Below the pieces are notes generated by a model. It was given only the letters and a program-made list of their open reading frames with translations. It was not told the origin of the DNA and searched no databases. From the NCBI GenBank assembly GCA_965208835.1, contig OZ242358.1:4672001-4736000 (forward strand): a stretch of DNA of 64,000 bases. The letters run 5' to 3'. Of the stretch, positions 9,703-19,309 are shown in pieces. The number at the start of each line of letters is the position of its first letter. Position 1 is the first letter of the stretch. The position numbers and the translations under genes were made by a program. This DNA is from Candidatus Latescibacterota bacterium (GTDB lineage: Bacteria; Latescibacterota; UBA2968; GCA-2709665).

Positions 9703-11091
9703 ATGTTGAAACTGAAACCGGGTTGCCGGGTTCATTTTGTGGGCATCGGTGGAGTGGGCATGAGCGCGGTTGCTGAACTGCTGTTTCAGCAGAAATGCAT
9801 TGTAACCGGATCCGACCGTGAGGCCTCCGCGTTGACCGACCGGTTGGGGTCGCTGGGAATTCCCGTTCGGATCGGACATGCGTCGGAGGCAGCAGAAAAC
9901 ACAGACCTGGTTGTATACACTCCTGCCGCGGAACCGGAAAACGTCGAATTGAAACGAGCCCGGTCGAGAGGGATTCCAACGGTCAAGCGGGCGTCGCTTC
10001 TTGGTCAATTGACGGCAGGACATCGGGTCGTAGGGGTTACCGGCACACACGGGAAGACAACGACAACAGCGATGGTTGGCGGGGTTCTCGAGGCGGCGGG
10101 TCTGGATCCCACGGTTTTGGTGGGCGGGATCGTTCGTGGCCCTGAGAGAAACCTGCGCCCCGGCTCACGAACGCTGTGGGCGGTAGAGGCCGATGAATTC
10201 GACCGCTCCTTTCTGACATTGCGTCCCGAGGTCGCAGTCGTAACGTCACTCGAGGAGGATCATCTCGATACTTACGGGAACATGGAGGGCCTCTTTCGAG
10301 CGTTTCAGCAGTTTCTGGATCAGACAAGCCGAAGCGCGGTGATGGCCTACGATGGACCGTTCGTGAGGCGATTGAACGCTGGACATCTTGAGGTTTTCTC
10401 GTTTGGTCTGGAGTACGAAACGAGGATCTCCGCACGGTCCGTGCTCCAGGACGGCATCGAAAGTCGGTTTCAGGTGGTCGATCGCGGAAAACCACTCGGG
10501 GATATTGTCCTCCAGGTTCCAGGCCGTCACAATGTGAGCAATGCGTTGGCCGCTGTGAGTGTGGGCCTGGCCCTGCAACTGCCCTGGAAAGCAATCCGCA
10601 CGGGACTGGAGAACTTCCGGGGTGTGAGACGCCGGCTGGAGGTACTCGGCGATCCAGGCGGTGTCTGTGTTGTGAACGACTACGCCCACCATCCAACCGA
10701 GGTTCGTGCCGCCATCGAGACGATCAGGGCGGGATGGCCGGGCCGACTGGTAGCTGTTTTCCAGCCGCATCTGTACTCTCGAACCCGGGATTTCGCTGTT
10801 GAGTTCGGAAGGGCGCTGAGTGAAGCCGACCAGGTCTGGGTAGCCGACGTCTACGCCGCTCGCGAGGACGCGATTCCCGGTGTGACCGGCGAGACGGTGG
10901 CAGGTCAGGTACGCAATGCCGGCTGTTCCAACGTATTGTATGTCTCGGGCCTGCAGGATCTGGAACTTTGCCTGTTGAGAGCGCTTGCGCCGGGTGATCT
11001 CGTATTGGTGATGGGCGCCGGAGACGTGGAACAGGTTGCATACGGGCTCATTGACCGGTTGTCCGAGGGAGCGTCGCGGGCCGATGCCTGA
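9703..11091 (+). CDS. murC: MurC ligase
   Basis: HFVGIGGVGMS, GTHGKTTT, EADEFDRSF, DYAHHPTE, FQPHLYSRT. Confidence 0.97.
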   Translation: MLKLKPGCRVHFVGIGGVGMSAVAELLFQQKCIVTGSDREASALTDRLGSLGIPVRIGHASEAAENTDLVVYTPAAEPENVELKRARSRGIPTVKRASLLGQLTAGHRVVGVTGTHGKTTTTAMVGGVLEAAGLDPTVLVGGIVRGPERNLRPGSRTLWAVEADEFDRSFLTLRPEVAVVTSLEEDHLDTYGNMEGLFRAFQQFLDQTSRSAVMAYDGPFVRRLNAGHLEVFSFGLEYETRISARSVLQDGIESRFQVVDRGKPLGDIVLQVPGRHNVSNALAAVSVGLALQLPWKAIRTGLENFRGVRRRLEVLGDPGGVCVVNDYAHHPTEVRAAIETIRAGWPGRLVAVFQPHLYSRTRDFAVEFGRALSEADQVWVADVYAAREDAIPGVTGETVAGQVRNAGCSNVLYVSGLQDLELCLLRALAPGDLVLVMGAGDVEQVAYGLIDRLSEGASRADA

Positions 11092-12022
11092 TGTTTCGAA
11101 TCGGAATCTGCTCGCCCGGGAAATCCGGGCGCGATGCAGGGGCGAACTCCTGGTTGATGAACCCTTGAAGAAGCATACCCATTTTGGCCTGGGTGGACCC
11201 GCGGACCTGTTCTTCCGGCCTGCGAATATGGAAGACCTGATTACTGCCGTGCCACTCGTCCTGGATTCCGAACAGCAGGTGTTACCCGTGGGCGGCGGAA
11301 CCAATATGCTGGTGAGCGAAGCCGGTTTCAGAGGACTGGTAATCTGTTTGGCCGGCGGACTATCGGATATGGCGGTTGAATCGAATCTGGGCATTGCGCA
11401 GGCGGGCGCGAGCCTGCAGGTGTTTTCCAGACGCTGCCAGCGCGCCGGGCGTACCGGAATGGAGTTCGGCTGCGGAATTCCCGGAACCGTGGGGGGCGCA
11501 ATAAAGGGCAACGCCGGTGCGTGGGGAGGGCAGATCATGGAGCGGACGGCGTGGCTGAGAGTTCTGGACCTCCGATCTGGAGAAGCGCTGGAATTGCAGA
11601 GAGATTCGATATCGTTCTCGTACCGTCGCACGGACCTTCCGGCAGGATTCCTGATCGTGGAGGCGGGTTTCATTCTCGAGGAGGACGATCCGGGACCGGT
11701 CCAGGCACGCATGGACGAGATGCTGGCCAACCGGAGAAGCTCCCAGCCTCTGTGGGCGCGCAACGCCGGCTGCATTTTCAAGAACCCTCCCGGGACTTCG
11801 GCAGGGCTGCTCATCGACAGAGCCGGATGCAAAGGGCTATCCGTGGGCGATGTGGAAGTGTCCGATGTCCATGCCAATTTTATCGTGAATCGCGGCGGCG
11901 GCACCGCGGCGGATGTGCTCTCGCTGGTGCGAACGGTTCAGGAGAGAGTACGGAAGGCCTTTGGCATTGAAATGAACATGGAAGTTCGCGTTGTCGGCGA
12001 GCAGGGAATTGAGAACCCGTGA
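11084..12022 (+). CDS. murB: MurB reductase
   Basis: GGPAD, GGGTN, GIPGTVGG, NAGA, AGCIFKNP, HANFIVN. Confidence 0.96.
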   Translation: MPDVSNRNLLAREIRARCRGELLVDEPLKKHTHFGLGGPADLFFRPANMEDLITAVPLVLDSEQQVLPVGGGTNMLVSEAGFRGLVICLAGGLSDMAVESNLGIAQAGASLQVFSRRCQRAGRTGMEFGCGIPGTVGGAIKGNAGAWGGQIMERTAWLRVLDLRSGEALELQRDSISFSYRRTDLPAGFLIVEAGFILEEDDPGPVQARMDEMLANRRSSQPLWARNAGCIFKNPPGTSAGLLIDRAGCKGLSVGDVEVSDVHANFIVNRGGGTAADVLSLVRTVQERVRKAFGIEMNMEVRVVGEQGIENP

Positions 12023-12118
12023 ATCAGGGTGTCGCAACACGTCGCTGCCACGGATTCCCGCGAATGGCACCGGCCGCGGAACAGGATTGCCCGATTCTTA
12101 CGAAACGACGGAGGTTAT

Positions 12119-12913
12119 ATGTCCAGACATAGACCGATCTATTCACGGACGCAGGAACGTCAGCGGATTCATCACGAGGAGGCGGAACCGCGATCGTCGG
12201 CCCGCGTATTGCGGTGGATTGTCATTCTGGCGCTCGTTGGATTGCTGTTTTTCGGGATTCAGAACGCATATTCGGCACTCACCGATTCCGACCTGTTTCG
12301 TCTGGGCCATATTACCGTGGTCGGCAACCAGTTCCTGAAGGAAAGCGAAGTCGAGGTCCTGTCCGGTCTGAAAATCGGCGTCAATCTGTTTGCGGCCGAT
12401 CTTAGGGCGGCGACGCAACGGTTGGTGGCAGACCCTTCGATCAGGGACGCGATGTTACTGAGACAACCTCCGAACGGGCTTCTCATCGAACTGCAGGTGA
12501 GGCGCCCGCTTGCGCTGGCCGCAGTGTCGGAGAGATTGTTCGTGCTGGACGGGGATGGCGTGCTCTTTCCGCTGCCTCAGGCGCCGTTAGACCTGCCGAT
12601 CGTGACCGGCATTGAAACAGTCGTAGACACACCGGGGGTCTATCGATTTTCCCACCTCGTGGCATTCCTGGATCAGCTTCGGTCAAACGCGCCGGCGTTT
12701 CTGGACGACGTCTCCGAAGTAAACCTGGTCTCCGCCACGGAGGCGCGGGTCTATCTGGTGGGAGACGGGCTGACGCTTCTCATGCGACTTGAAGATGCGA
12801 CTGACCAGGTCCGTCGGTTTGATGCGTTTTTAAAGGCGGGAGCGCACAGAGTTCGGACGCCGTCCTACGTCGATCTCCGGTTTTCAAATCAAGTCGTTGT
12901 GGGCACAGGGTAA
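12119..12913 (+). CDS. ftsQ: cell division protein FtsQ/DivIB
   Basis: GGAGG RBS, single TM, POTRA-like region, C-terminal YVDLRF; directly upstream of ftsA. Confidence 0.9.
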   Translation: MSRHRPIYSRTQERQRIHHEEAEPRSSARVLRWIVILALVGLLFFGIQNAYSALTDSDLFRLGHITVVGNQFLKESEVEVLSGLKIGVNLFAADLRAATQRLVADPSIRDAMLLRQPPNGLLIELQVRRPLALAAVSERLFVLDGDGVLFPLPQAPLDLPIVTGIETVVDTPGVYRFSHLVAFLDQLRSNAPAFLDDVSEVNLVSATEARVYLVGDGLTLLMRLEDATDQVRRFDAFLKAGAHRVRTPSYVDLRFSNQVVVGTG

Positions 12914-13070
12914 CAGTCCGTTGACAAAGTCGTTCTGCTGGCGAGGCGTTTTGGACGAAGACAAAGCGCGCGACTGAGCCCCATCCAACGATTCGGCGAG
13001 GGAGCGCAACGCAGGTTTTCGACCGCAGGGGTCGGCCGCAGCCCGGATGGACTTTTCCAACGGGCTGCTA
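12911..13070. repeat. family B TIR element (MITE-like)
   Basis: TAACAGTCCGTTG...CAACGGGCTGCTA; begins at the ftsQ stop codon; homologous to the 14369 copy. Confidence 0.85.
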
Positions 13071-13135
13071 AGCACCAGGAGTTTCGCGAACCGGTATCAG
13101 GCACCCTTCATGCAGTAGCCGGAAAGGAAGCGAGG

Positions 13136-14371
13136 ATGGCCAGAGGGGATCAGATCGTTGGATTGGATATTGGAACGACCAAGATCTGTGTGGTCGTGGC
13201 CGACGTGGAGGAAGACGATCAGCTCAGGATTGCGGGTATTGGCACAAGTCCTTCCAACGGGCTGAAACGCGGCGTCGTGGTAAATGTCGCCCAGACGGTC
13301 CAATCCATTGAGCGCGCCGTCGAAGAAGCCGAACAGGCCTCGGATGTACGTATCGGGGCGGTCTACGCCGGCATCGCGGGCGATCACATTCGCAGCCTCA
13401 ATTGCCGGGGGGTGATCGCAGTTTCAGGAAATGACAATGAGATTACAGCTCAGGATGAAGCGCGTGTGATTGAAACAGCCAAGGCGGTTTCGATACCCAT
13501 GGACCGGGAAATCATCCACGTGCTGCCCCAATCTTTCGCGGTGGACGATCAACCCGGTGTCAAGAATCCGATTGGAATGTCGGGAGTTCGTCTCGAAGCC
13601 GACGTGCACATGGTGACCGGTGCCGTGACGTCGGCACAGAACATATGCAAGAGCATCCGAAGGGCAGGTGTGGAGGTTGTGGACCTCGTGCTGGAACCGT
13701 TGGCATCCAGCTACGCCGTATTGTCGCCCGAGGAAGAAGAGATGGGCGTAACGCTGGTCGACATTGGCGGCGGTACAACCGACGTCGCGGTCTTTTACGA
13801 CGGGAGCATCCGGCATACGGCGGTCGTGGGACTGGGAGGCGAGAATGTAACCAGCGACATTTCAATCGGATTGAGAACACCCCTGGCACAGGCGGAAACC
13901 ATCAAGCGCTCTCGGGGCTGTTCGTCGCGCTCAATGGTCGAAAAGGACGAGACCATCCACGTGCCGGGAATAGGCGGACGGCCCTCTTTCGAAGTGCCGC
14001 GAGAGGAGCTGTCGGCGATTATCGAAGCGCGCATGGAGGAGATCTTCACCCTGGTCCATCGGGAAATCCGAAGGACCGATTATGCCGATCTGCTGGCGGC
14101 AGGCGTCGTTATCACCGGCGGCGGATCGATGCTCGAGGGGACGGCCGAGCTGGCCGAGAGGGTGTTCGGAATGCCGGTCAGCGTCGGCACGCCGAACGGC
14201 GTTGCCGGCCTTTCGGACGACGTCACCGAGCCCATCTACGCGACCGGTGTCGGCCTCGTGAAGTTCGGTCTGCAGCATCAGGAATTCGGTGGCGCGTTGA
14301 GCGCTGGCGGCAACGGTTATTTCGGATCGATTCTGGGCAGGATGAAAGCGTGGGTGAAGGACTTTTTCTAG
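13136..14371 (+). CDS. ftsA: cell division protein FtsA
   Basis: GLDIGTTK, GMSGVRLE, DIGGGTT, TGGG, C-terminal amphipathic WVKDFF. Confidence 0.98.
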   Translation: MARGDQIVGLDIGTTKICVVVADVEEDDQLRIAGIGTSPSNGLKRGVVVNVAQTVQSIERAVEEAEQASDVRIGAVYAGIAGDHIRSLNCRGVIAVSGNDNEITAQDEARVIETAKAVSIPMDREIIHVLPQSFAVDDQPGVKNPIGMSGVRLEADVHMVTGAVTSAQNICKSIRRAGVEVVDLVLEPLASSYAVLSPEEEEMGVTLVDIGGGTTDVAVFYDGSIRHTAVVGLGGENVTSDISIGLRTPLAQAETIKRSRGCSSRSMVEKDETIHVPGIGGRPSFEVPREELSAIIEARMEEIFTLVHREIRRTDYADLLAAGVVITGGGSMLEGTAELAERVFGMPVSVGTPNGVAGLSDDVTEPIYATGVGLVKFGLQHQEFGGALSAGGNGYFGSILGRMKAWVKDFF

Positions 14372-14530
14372 CAGCCCGTTGATGAAGTCGCTCTGCAGGC
14401 GAGGCCGAGCCATTGTGGCCGAAGACAAGGCGCGCAACCGAGTCCCATCCTGCGATTCGGCGAGGGAGCGCAACGCAGTATTTCGACCGCAAGGGCCGGC
14501 CGCACGGCAATCGCGAATTTTAACGGATGG
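14369..14530. repeat. family B TIR element, right end degenerate
   Basis: TAGCAGCCCGTTGATGAAGTCG starts at the ftsA stop; CGATTCGGCGAGGGAGCGCAACGCAG is identical to the 12911 copy. Confidence 0.82.
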
Positions 14531-14584
14531 GACTGACCGACGGCGTTCGCCCACTCCACAACGCGAATTTATAGGAGGAGCTAA

Positions 14585-15748
14585 ATGGTCACGTTTTCAA
14601 TAGTCGATAATGACAATCAGGCGAAGATGCGGGTTGTGGGGGTTGGCGGCGCGGGGGGCAACGCGGTAAACCGGATGATCGCCGCAGATCTCAAGGGTGT
14701 GGAATTTATCGCGGTTAACTCCGATTTGCAGGATCTGGACAAATCCGAGGCGTCAAAACGGGTGCAAATTGGGGAGGCGATCACAAAAGGACTCGGCGCG
14801 GGTGCCAATCCGGAAATCGGACGGCAAGCCATGGAGGAAGACCGTGACCACGTCACGGAGCTTCTGGCCGGTTCGGATATGGTTTTCGTGACAGCCGGTA
14901 TGGGTGGCGGTACCGGGACCGGCGCTGCGCCAGTGGTGGCGGAAATCGCTAGAGATGCCGGCGCACTGACGGTAGGTATCGTGACCAAACCGTTCAAAAT
15001 GGAGGGCGTGCCCCGGTTGCGAAACGCGGAGATGGGCATCACTCAATTGAAGGATTCCGTGGACACGCTCATCGTCATTCCAAACCAGCGCCTCCTTGAC
15101 GTCTGCTCCGAGGAGACGACGCTGCGCGAGGCTTTTAGAGTTGCCGACGACGTCCTACTGCAGGCCACGCGCGGAATCTCGGACCTGATTGCGATGCCTG
15201 GCGAAGTCAATCTGGACTTCAATGACGTGCGTACGGTAATGCGGCAAGGGGGAGACGCGTTGATGGGAACCGGCACGGCCACCGGGGAGGGCCGCGCATT
15301 ACATGCTGCCGAGGCAGCCATCAGGAGCCCGTTGCTGGAAGATCTTTCGATCGACGGCGCACGGTTCGTGCTGATAAATATCGCCGCCGGCAGCGACTTG
15401 AAACTCTTTGAAGTCGATGAATCGGTATCTACCGTCACCAAGGCGGTCGGCTCCGAGGCGAACATAATCTGGGGTACAGTATTGGATGACGGGCTTAGCG
15501 ATGAGCTGCGGGTAACGGTGATTGCCACCGGCTTCGCCGAGCAAGAGAACGTCGCAGGAACGAAAGCGTCGCGAGTACCGATGGACAACCCGATCGGCCT
15601 GGACGTCCCGGCATATATGCGCAAAGCCGATGCCGCCCAGGTTACGGAGCCCCCTGTCGCGCCGGAGGAGAACGCTGAGGGGGATATTTCACTCGACGAC
15701 CTGGAAATCCCGTCGTTTCTGAGGCGGCGCCTGAAGGATACGGCCTGA
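14585..15748 (+). CDS. ftsZ: cell division GTPase FtsZ
   Basis: GVGGAGGNA, GGGTGTG, NLDFND, C-terminal LEIPSFLRR. Confidence 0.99.
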   Translation: MVTFSIVDNDNQAKMRVVGVGGAGGNAVNRMIAADLKGVEFIAVNSDLQDLDKSEASKRVQIGEAITKGLGAGANPEIGRQAMEEDRDHVTELLAGSDMVFVTAGMGGGTGTGAAPVVAEIARDAGALTVGIVTKPFKMEGVPRLRNAEMGITQLKDSVDTLIVIPNQRLLDVCSEETTLREAFRVADDVLLQATRGISDLIAMPGEVNLDFNDVRTVMRQGGDALMGTGTATGEGRALHAAEAAIRSPLLEDLSIDGARFVLINIAAGSDLKLFEVDESVSTVTKAVGSEANIIWGTVLDDGLSDELRVTVIATGFAEQENVAGTKASRVPMDNPIGLDVPAYMRKADAAQVTEPPVAPEENAEGDISLDDLEIPSFLRRRLKDTA

Positions 15749-15833
15749 GAAGCTGTTTTATAACTCCCAGCGGTCTTCGCGCGGCTGCGAGAGCGCCGGT
15801 CGGGAACTTACCGGAAACTATAAAACAGCTTCT
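15748..15833. repeat. family A TIR element, short form
   Basis: AGAAGCTGTTTTATA...TATAAAACAGCTTCT perfect 15-bp TIR, overlapping the ftsZ stop. Confidence 0.88.
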
Positions 15834-15857
15834 GACGCCCCGCTTCGCTTCGTCCCG

Positions 15858-16883
15858 ATGAATGATACATCGGGATTACAGAGGATCAGAGACATGGAGT
15901 GCGTGCGATGGGGTATCGTTGGATGTGGCGATGTCACCGAGGTGAAGAGCGGACCTGGATTTCAAAATGCGAACGCGTCGAAGTTGATGGCGGTGATGCG
16001 GCGGGACGTGGACAAGGCGGCCGATTACGCGAACCGGCACTGCGTGCCCCGGCATTATGGCCATGCGGATGCATTGATTGAGGATGCCGGGGTCGATGCC
16101 GTGTATGTGGCGACCCCGCCTTCTTCGCATCTGGATCTGGCCTTGAAGGTGGCGCAGGCCGGAAAACCATGCCTTGTCGAAAAGCCGATGGCGATGAATC
16201 ACAGCGAATGCCGGCAGATGGCGGCGGCCTTCCGGAAAACTGGACGGCCGCTTTTCGTGGCATACTACCGGCGGGCGCTGCCTCGATTTCTGCGCGTCCG
16301 GGAGTTGCTCCGGGAAGGAGCGATCGGTGAGTTGAGTTCGGTTCATATTACACATTACGATCAGCTCGCCCGGGGTGAAGCGGCGAATGGCTGGCGATTC
16401 AGACCGGAGATATCGGGCGGGGGGTTGTTCATGGACCTGGGATCTCATGGCCTGGATTTGCTGGATTATCTCGTGAGTCCGATCAAGCGGGTCTGGGGAT
16501 GCGCGGCGAACACGGGAGGCACGTATAAGGCCGAGGACACGGTCGCGGCCAGCTTTGAGTTTGAATCCGGGATTGTGGGAACAGGCGTCTGGAACTTCAA
16601 CGCGGATTTTTCCGAAGATCGAATGACGTTTACCGGCTCCGACGGTGAGATGCAATGTCCTGTTTTTTCGGATACCGATATTCTGGTCACGAGAGGCGGG
16701 GCAACAACCACCCTGGAATTCAGGAATCCGCCTCATGTACATCAGCCGCTGATCCAGACGGTGGTGGATGAACTCCTGGGCTGGGGGACGTGCGAGTCAA
16801 CGGGCGAGAGCGCGGCGCGGACGGGATGGGTGATGGATCGATGCCTGCGATCGTACTACGAAGAACCCGACTCGACGTCTTGA
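15858..16883 (+). CDS. Gfo/Idh/MocA oxidoreductase
   Basis: WGIVGCG, VYVATPP, EKPMA, GGLFMDLGSH. Confidence 0.9.
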   Translation: MNDTSGLQRIRDMECVRWGIVGCGDVTEVKSGPGFQNANASKLMAVMRRDVDKAADYANRHCVPRHYGHADALIEDAGVDAVYVATPPSSHLDLALKVAQAGKPCLVEKPMAMNHSECRQMAAAFRKTGRPLFVAYYRRALPRFLRVRELLREGAIGELSSVHITHYDQLARGEAANGWRFRPEISGGGLFMDLGSHGLDLLDYLVSPIKRVWGCAANTGGTYKAEDTVAASFEFESGIVGTGVWNFNADFSEDRMTFTGSDGEMQCPVFSDTDILVTRGGATTTLEFRNPPHVHQPLIQTVVDELLGWGTCESTGESAARTGWVMDRCLRSYYEEPDSTS

Positions 16884-16927
16884 GGAACACGCGCCGGTCC
16901 GCGAAGATCGCCTTTGCGTCAACGGAC

Positions 16928-17085
16928 CGGTGTCCTGTCTCGGAATAGGTTGCCTAAATTCGGCCGTCGAGTCGCCCGGCTCGCAGGGCGCCTCTGACCT
17001 GCGTAAGGTCGGCGAGCGAAGGCAACGCAGCGAGACGGGATGAATCGGCGGGAGAATGGTGAGAAATCTCCGAGAAAGGACTCTG
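16928..17085. repeat. family C TIR element
   Basis: CGGTGTCCTGTCTCGGA...TCCGAGAAAGGACTCTG; homologous to the inverted copy at 59267-59456. Confidence 0.82.
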
Positions 17086-17104
17086 CAACTGTCCGGAAGG
17101 ACAG

Positions 17105-18202
17105 TCAGGCGGTCCTCCCGGTTTGAAGATATGCCTTTAGTTCGCATGGGTCCATCCCGGCGATACCAAGATCACTCACGTCTCTGCCTGAAGTCCAGCC
17201 GTCATCTCCGATGACGATAGATCCGATGTCGACCATCGCGCGAATGGTGGGTGCGGGTACATTGTACTGTGTACCGACCGAGTGCCACGCCGCCAGTCCA
17301 TAGGGAATGTCTTCCGTGAGCCAACGGCTGTCCATGGACCCCGGCGCTTTAAGCCTGGTGAGCATGTAACTGCCGTTAATGGTAGCCCAGAGATCTCCTT
17401 CCGGTCCGAAGCCGGCGCGATGAAAGGCGACATTCGCCGGGCACAGGTTGTAACCGAGTTGACTGGCAATCGCGCGGCGTTCACCGTCTACCTGCATGAT
17501 CACTCTGGCCACGGTTGGCGTGACGCCCTCTTCGTAAAAGTAAAACTCGCCGTGTGAATATTCCACGCGGCCGGCGTTAAGCAGGACGCCGGCGGGATGA
17601 ACCACAGGGTTCATTGCGGCCAGGCCGCAGGCCATCACGTCAGGATATCCCGTTATGCCCGGAAAGAGGGTATCCAGCCGTTCGCGCACGTGTTCGAATT
17701 CGCAGGCAGGAAAGACACCCAGGCCCATGCCTGTGACGATTCCCCAAATGGTTGCCGTGTCCGGCGCCGTCTTTCTGCAAACGAAAGGCGCTGTGTCCAC
17801 TTCGGCGAGAACGACGCCCCCGGTGCCGGCTTCCCTGAGGAGACGCGCCCATTCGAGGGTACCGAGGGTGCCGGGCATGATGACGACGGTCTGATCCGGT
17901 CGCAGGTGCGGCGCACAGACTTCGGCAAAGGGTTTGTGCGCATACGCAGGTACGATGAGCAGGATGATATCCGGCGATTCAAGTGCCTCCTCGACATCGG
18001 TGGTGATGCAATGGATCCTGGCCGCACCCTGTCCACCTGCACCGAGCAGATGGATGATGCCGTCGTCCACAACCGGATCCAGAGACTCCTTGAAACCGGG
18101 AATCTCATAGAGCGTAATCTGAAAACCCTTCAGACTGAGGTTGGCGGCCACGGCAAAAGCTGTGTTTCCACCACCAAGAACGGTTATGTTCTTCAGGGAC
18201 AT
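17105..18202 (-). CDS. NAD/NADP octopine/nopaline (opine) dehydrogenase family protein
   Basis: VLGGGNTA Rossmann fold, NPVVHP, FYFYEEG, RWLTEDIPYGL. Confidence 0.88.
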   Translation of the reverse strand: MSLKNITVLGGGNTAFAVAANLSLKGFQITLYEIPGFKESLDPVVDDGIIHLLGAGGQGAARIHCITTDVEEALESPDIILLIVPAYAHKPFAEVCAPHLRPDQTVVIMPGTLGTLEWARLLREAGTGGVVLAEVDTAPFVCRKTAPDTATIWGIVTGMGLGVFPACEFEHVRERLDTLFPGITGYPDVMACGLAAMNPVVHPAGVLLNAGRVEYSHGEFYFYEEGVTPTVARVIMQVDGERRAIASQLGYNLCPANVAFHRAGFGPEGDLWATINGSYMLTRLKAPGSMDSRWLTEDIPYGLAAWHSVGTQYNVPAPTIRAMVDIGSIVIGDDGWTSGRDVSDLGIAGMDPCELKAYLQTGRTA

Positions 18203-18221
18203 TTCAAACGCCTCTCAGGTA

Positions 18222-18385
18222 AGAAGCTGTCTTAAAATTCCCAGCGGTCTTCGCGCGGCTGCAAAAGCGCCGGTCGGCGTTGGTCAAACCCACCCGTATA
18301 GACAAATATGGGAGGGTTTTCCCGCCTTGACCGCCACTTTTTCGCTCGCGCTCGGGAACTCTCTGGTAATCTTAAAACAGCTTCT
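18222..18385. repeat. family A TIR element, long form
   Basis: AGAAGCTGTCTTAAAATT...AATCTTAAAACAGCTTCT with an internal hairpin module. Confidence 0.9.
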
Positions 18386-18579
18386 GAACAAACGCGTCGC
18401 GTAAATGGATTTTCCTATTGATTCGGATTCGGACTCGCGAACCGGCTTCTGTCCACTTCAGGCACCAATATAAACCCCCCGCAGTACTGGGACAAGACCG
18501 GATTCGTTGAGTTCGCGCGGCCGGATTGATCGATCTGCCGGCGCATGCCCCGCGACCGCTCAACACGAGGAGGAACGCA

Positions 18580-19089
18580 TTGCCCTATCAGGACCATAAA
18601 AAGCAGGCAGAGGGCGCCGTATGCTGTGCCGTACTCACCATCAGCGACACACGGACCGAAGCCGACGACAGGAGCGGCCGGATAATCAGGGATCTTCTCG
18701 AGGCGGGTGGCCACACGACCGGCTTCTACCAGGTGGTCCCCGACGATCCTGCCCGCATTCGTGACCTTGTCATGCGGATTATCGAAAAAGGCGACTGCCA
18801 GGCGATTCTGACGAGCGGCGGCACGGGTATCGCCGCCAGGGACACGACCTACGAAGCCGTGACGGGCCTGCTTGAAAAGCGGCTGGACGGGTTCGGCGAA
18901 CTCTTCCGTTTCCTGAGCTGGGATGACATCGGCTCCGGCGCCATGCTCTCGCGCGCCGTGGCCGGCGTCTACCGCGACACGATGATATTCTGCATGCCCG
19001 GATCTTCCGGCGCCGTCCGCCTCGCAATGGAAAAACTGATCGTTCCCGAACTGTCACACCTTGTGTGGGAAATCTGGCGTCAGAAGTAG
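18580..19089 (+). CDS. moaB: molybdopterin biosynthesis MoaB/Mog family protein
   Basis: LTISDTR, DRSG, GGTGIAARDTT, GFGELFR, AMLSRA, PGS; TTG start after GAGGAGG. Confidence 0.9.
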   Translation: MPYQDHKKQAEGAVCCAVLTISDTRTEADDRSGRIIRDLLEAGGHTTGFYQVVPDDPARIRDLVMRIIEKGDCQAILTSGGTGIAARDTTYEAVTGLLEKRLDGFGELFRFLSWDDIGSGAMLSRAVAGVYRDTMIFCMPGSSGAVRLAMEKLIVPELSHLVWEIWRQK

Positions 19090-19249
19090 CCTTCGATCCG
19101 TCGGTCAGCCTGGAGCCCGCAGTAGCCCCGTCGAAATCCTCACATAAACCGGGGAAATCGGGAATCGGGGATATGGACTGTCGCACCCGCATTCGACCAG
19201 CCGAAGGGCAAGGCCGTGAACACGGGAACCGCGTTTGAATCCGTTCCCA

Positions 19250-19295
19250 TAGGCGTTTTGTCCTTAAGATGAGATATTTCAGGGACAGGACACTG
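19250..19295. repeat. collapsed family C element (TIRs only)
   Basis: GCGTTTTGTCCTTAAGAT...ATTTCAGGGACAGGACACTG; right end matches the family C terminus. Confidence 0.5.
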
Positions 19296-19309
19296 AATCC
19301 GGAGGGACA

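Noticed and set aside
10246-11904. Long antisense ORFs (also 1793-2932, 21209-22513, 24723-26078, 50086-51315)
   Set aside because: Antisense shadows of well-supported genes in GC-rich DNA
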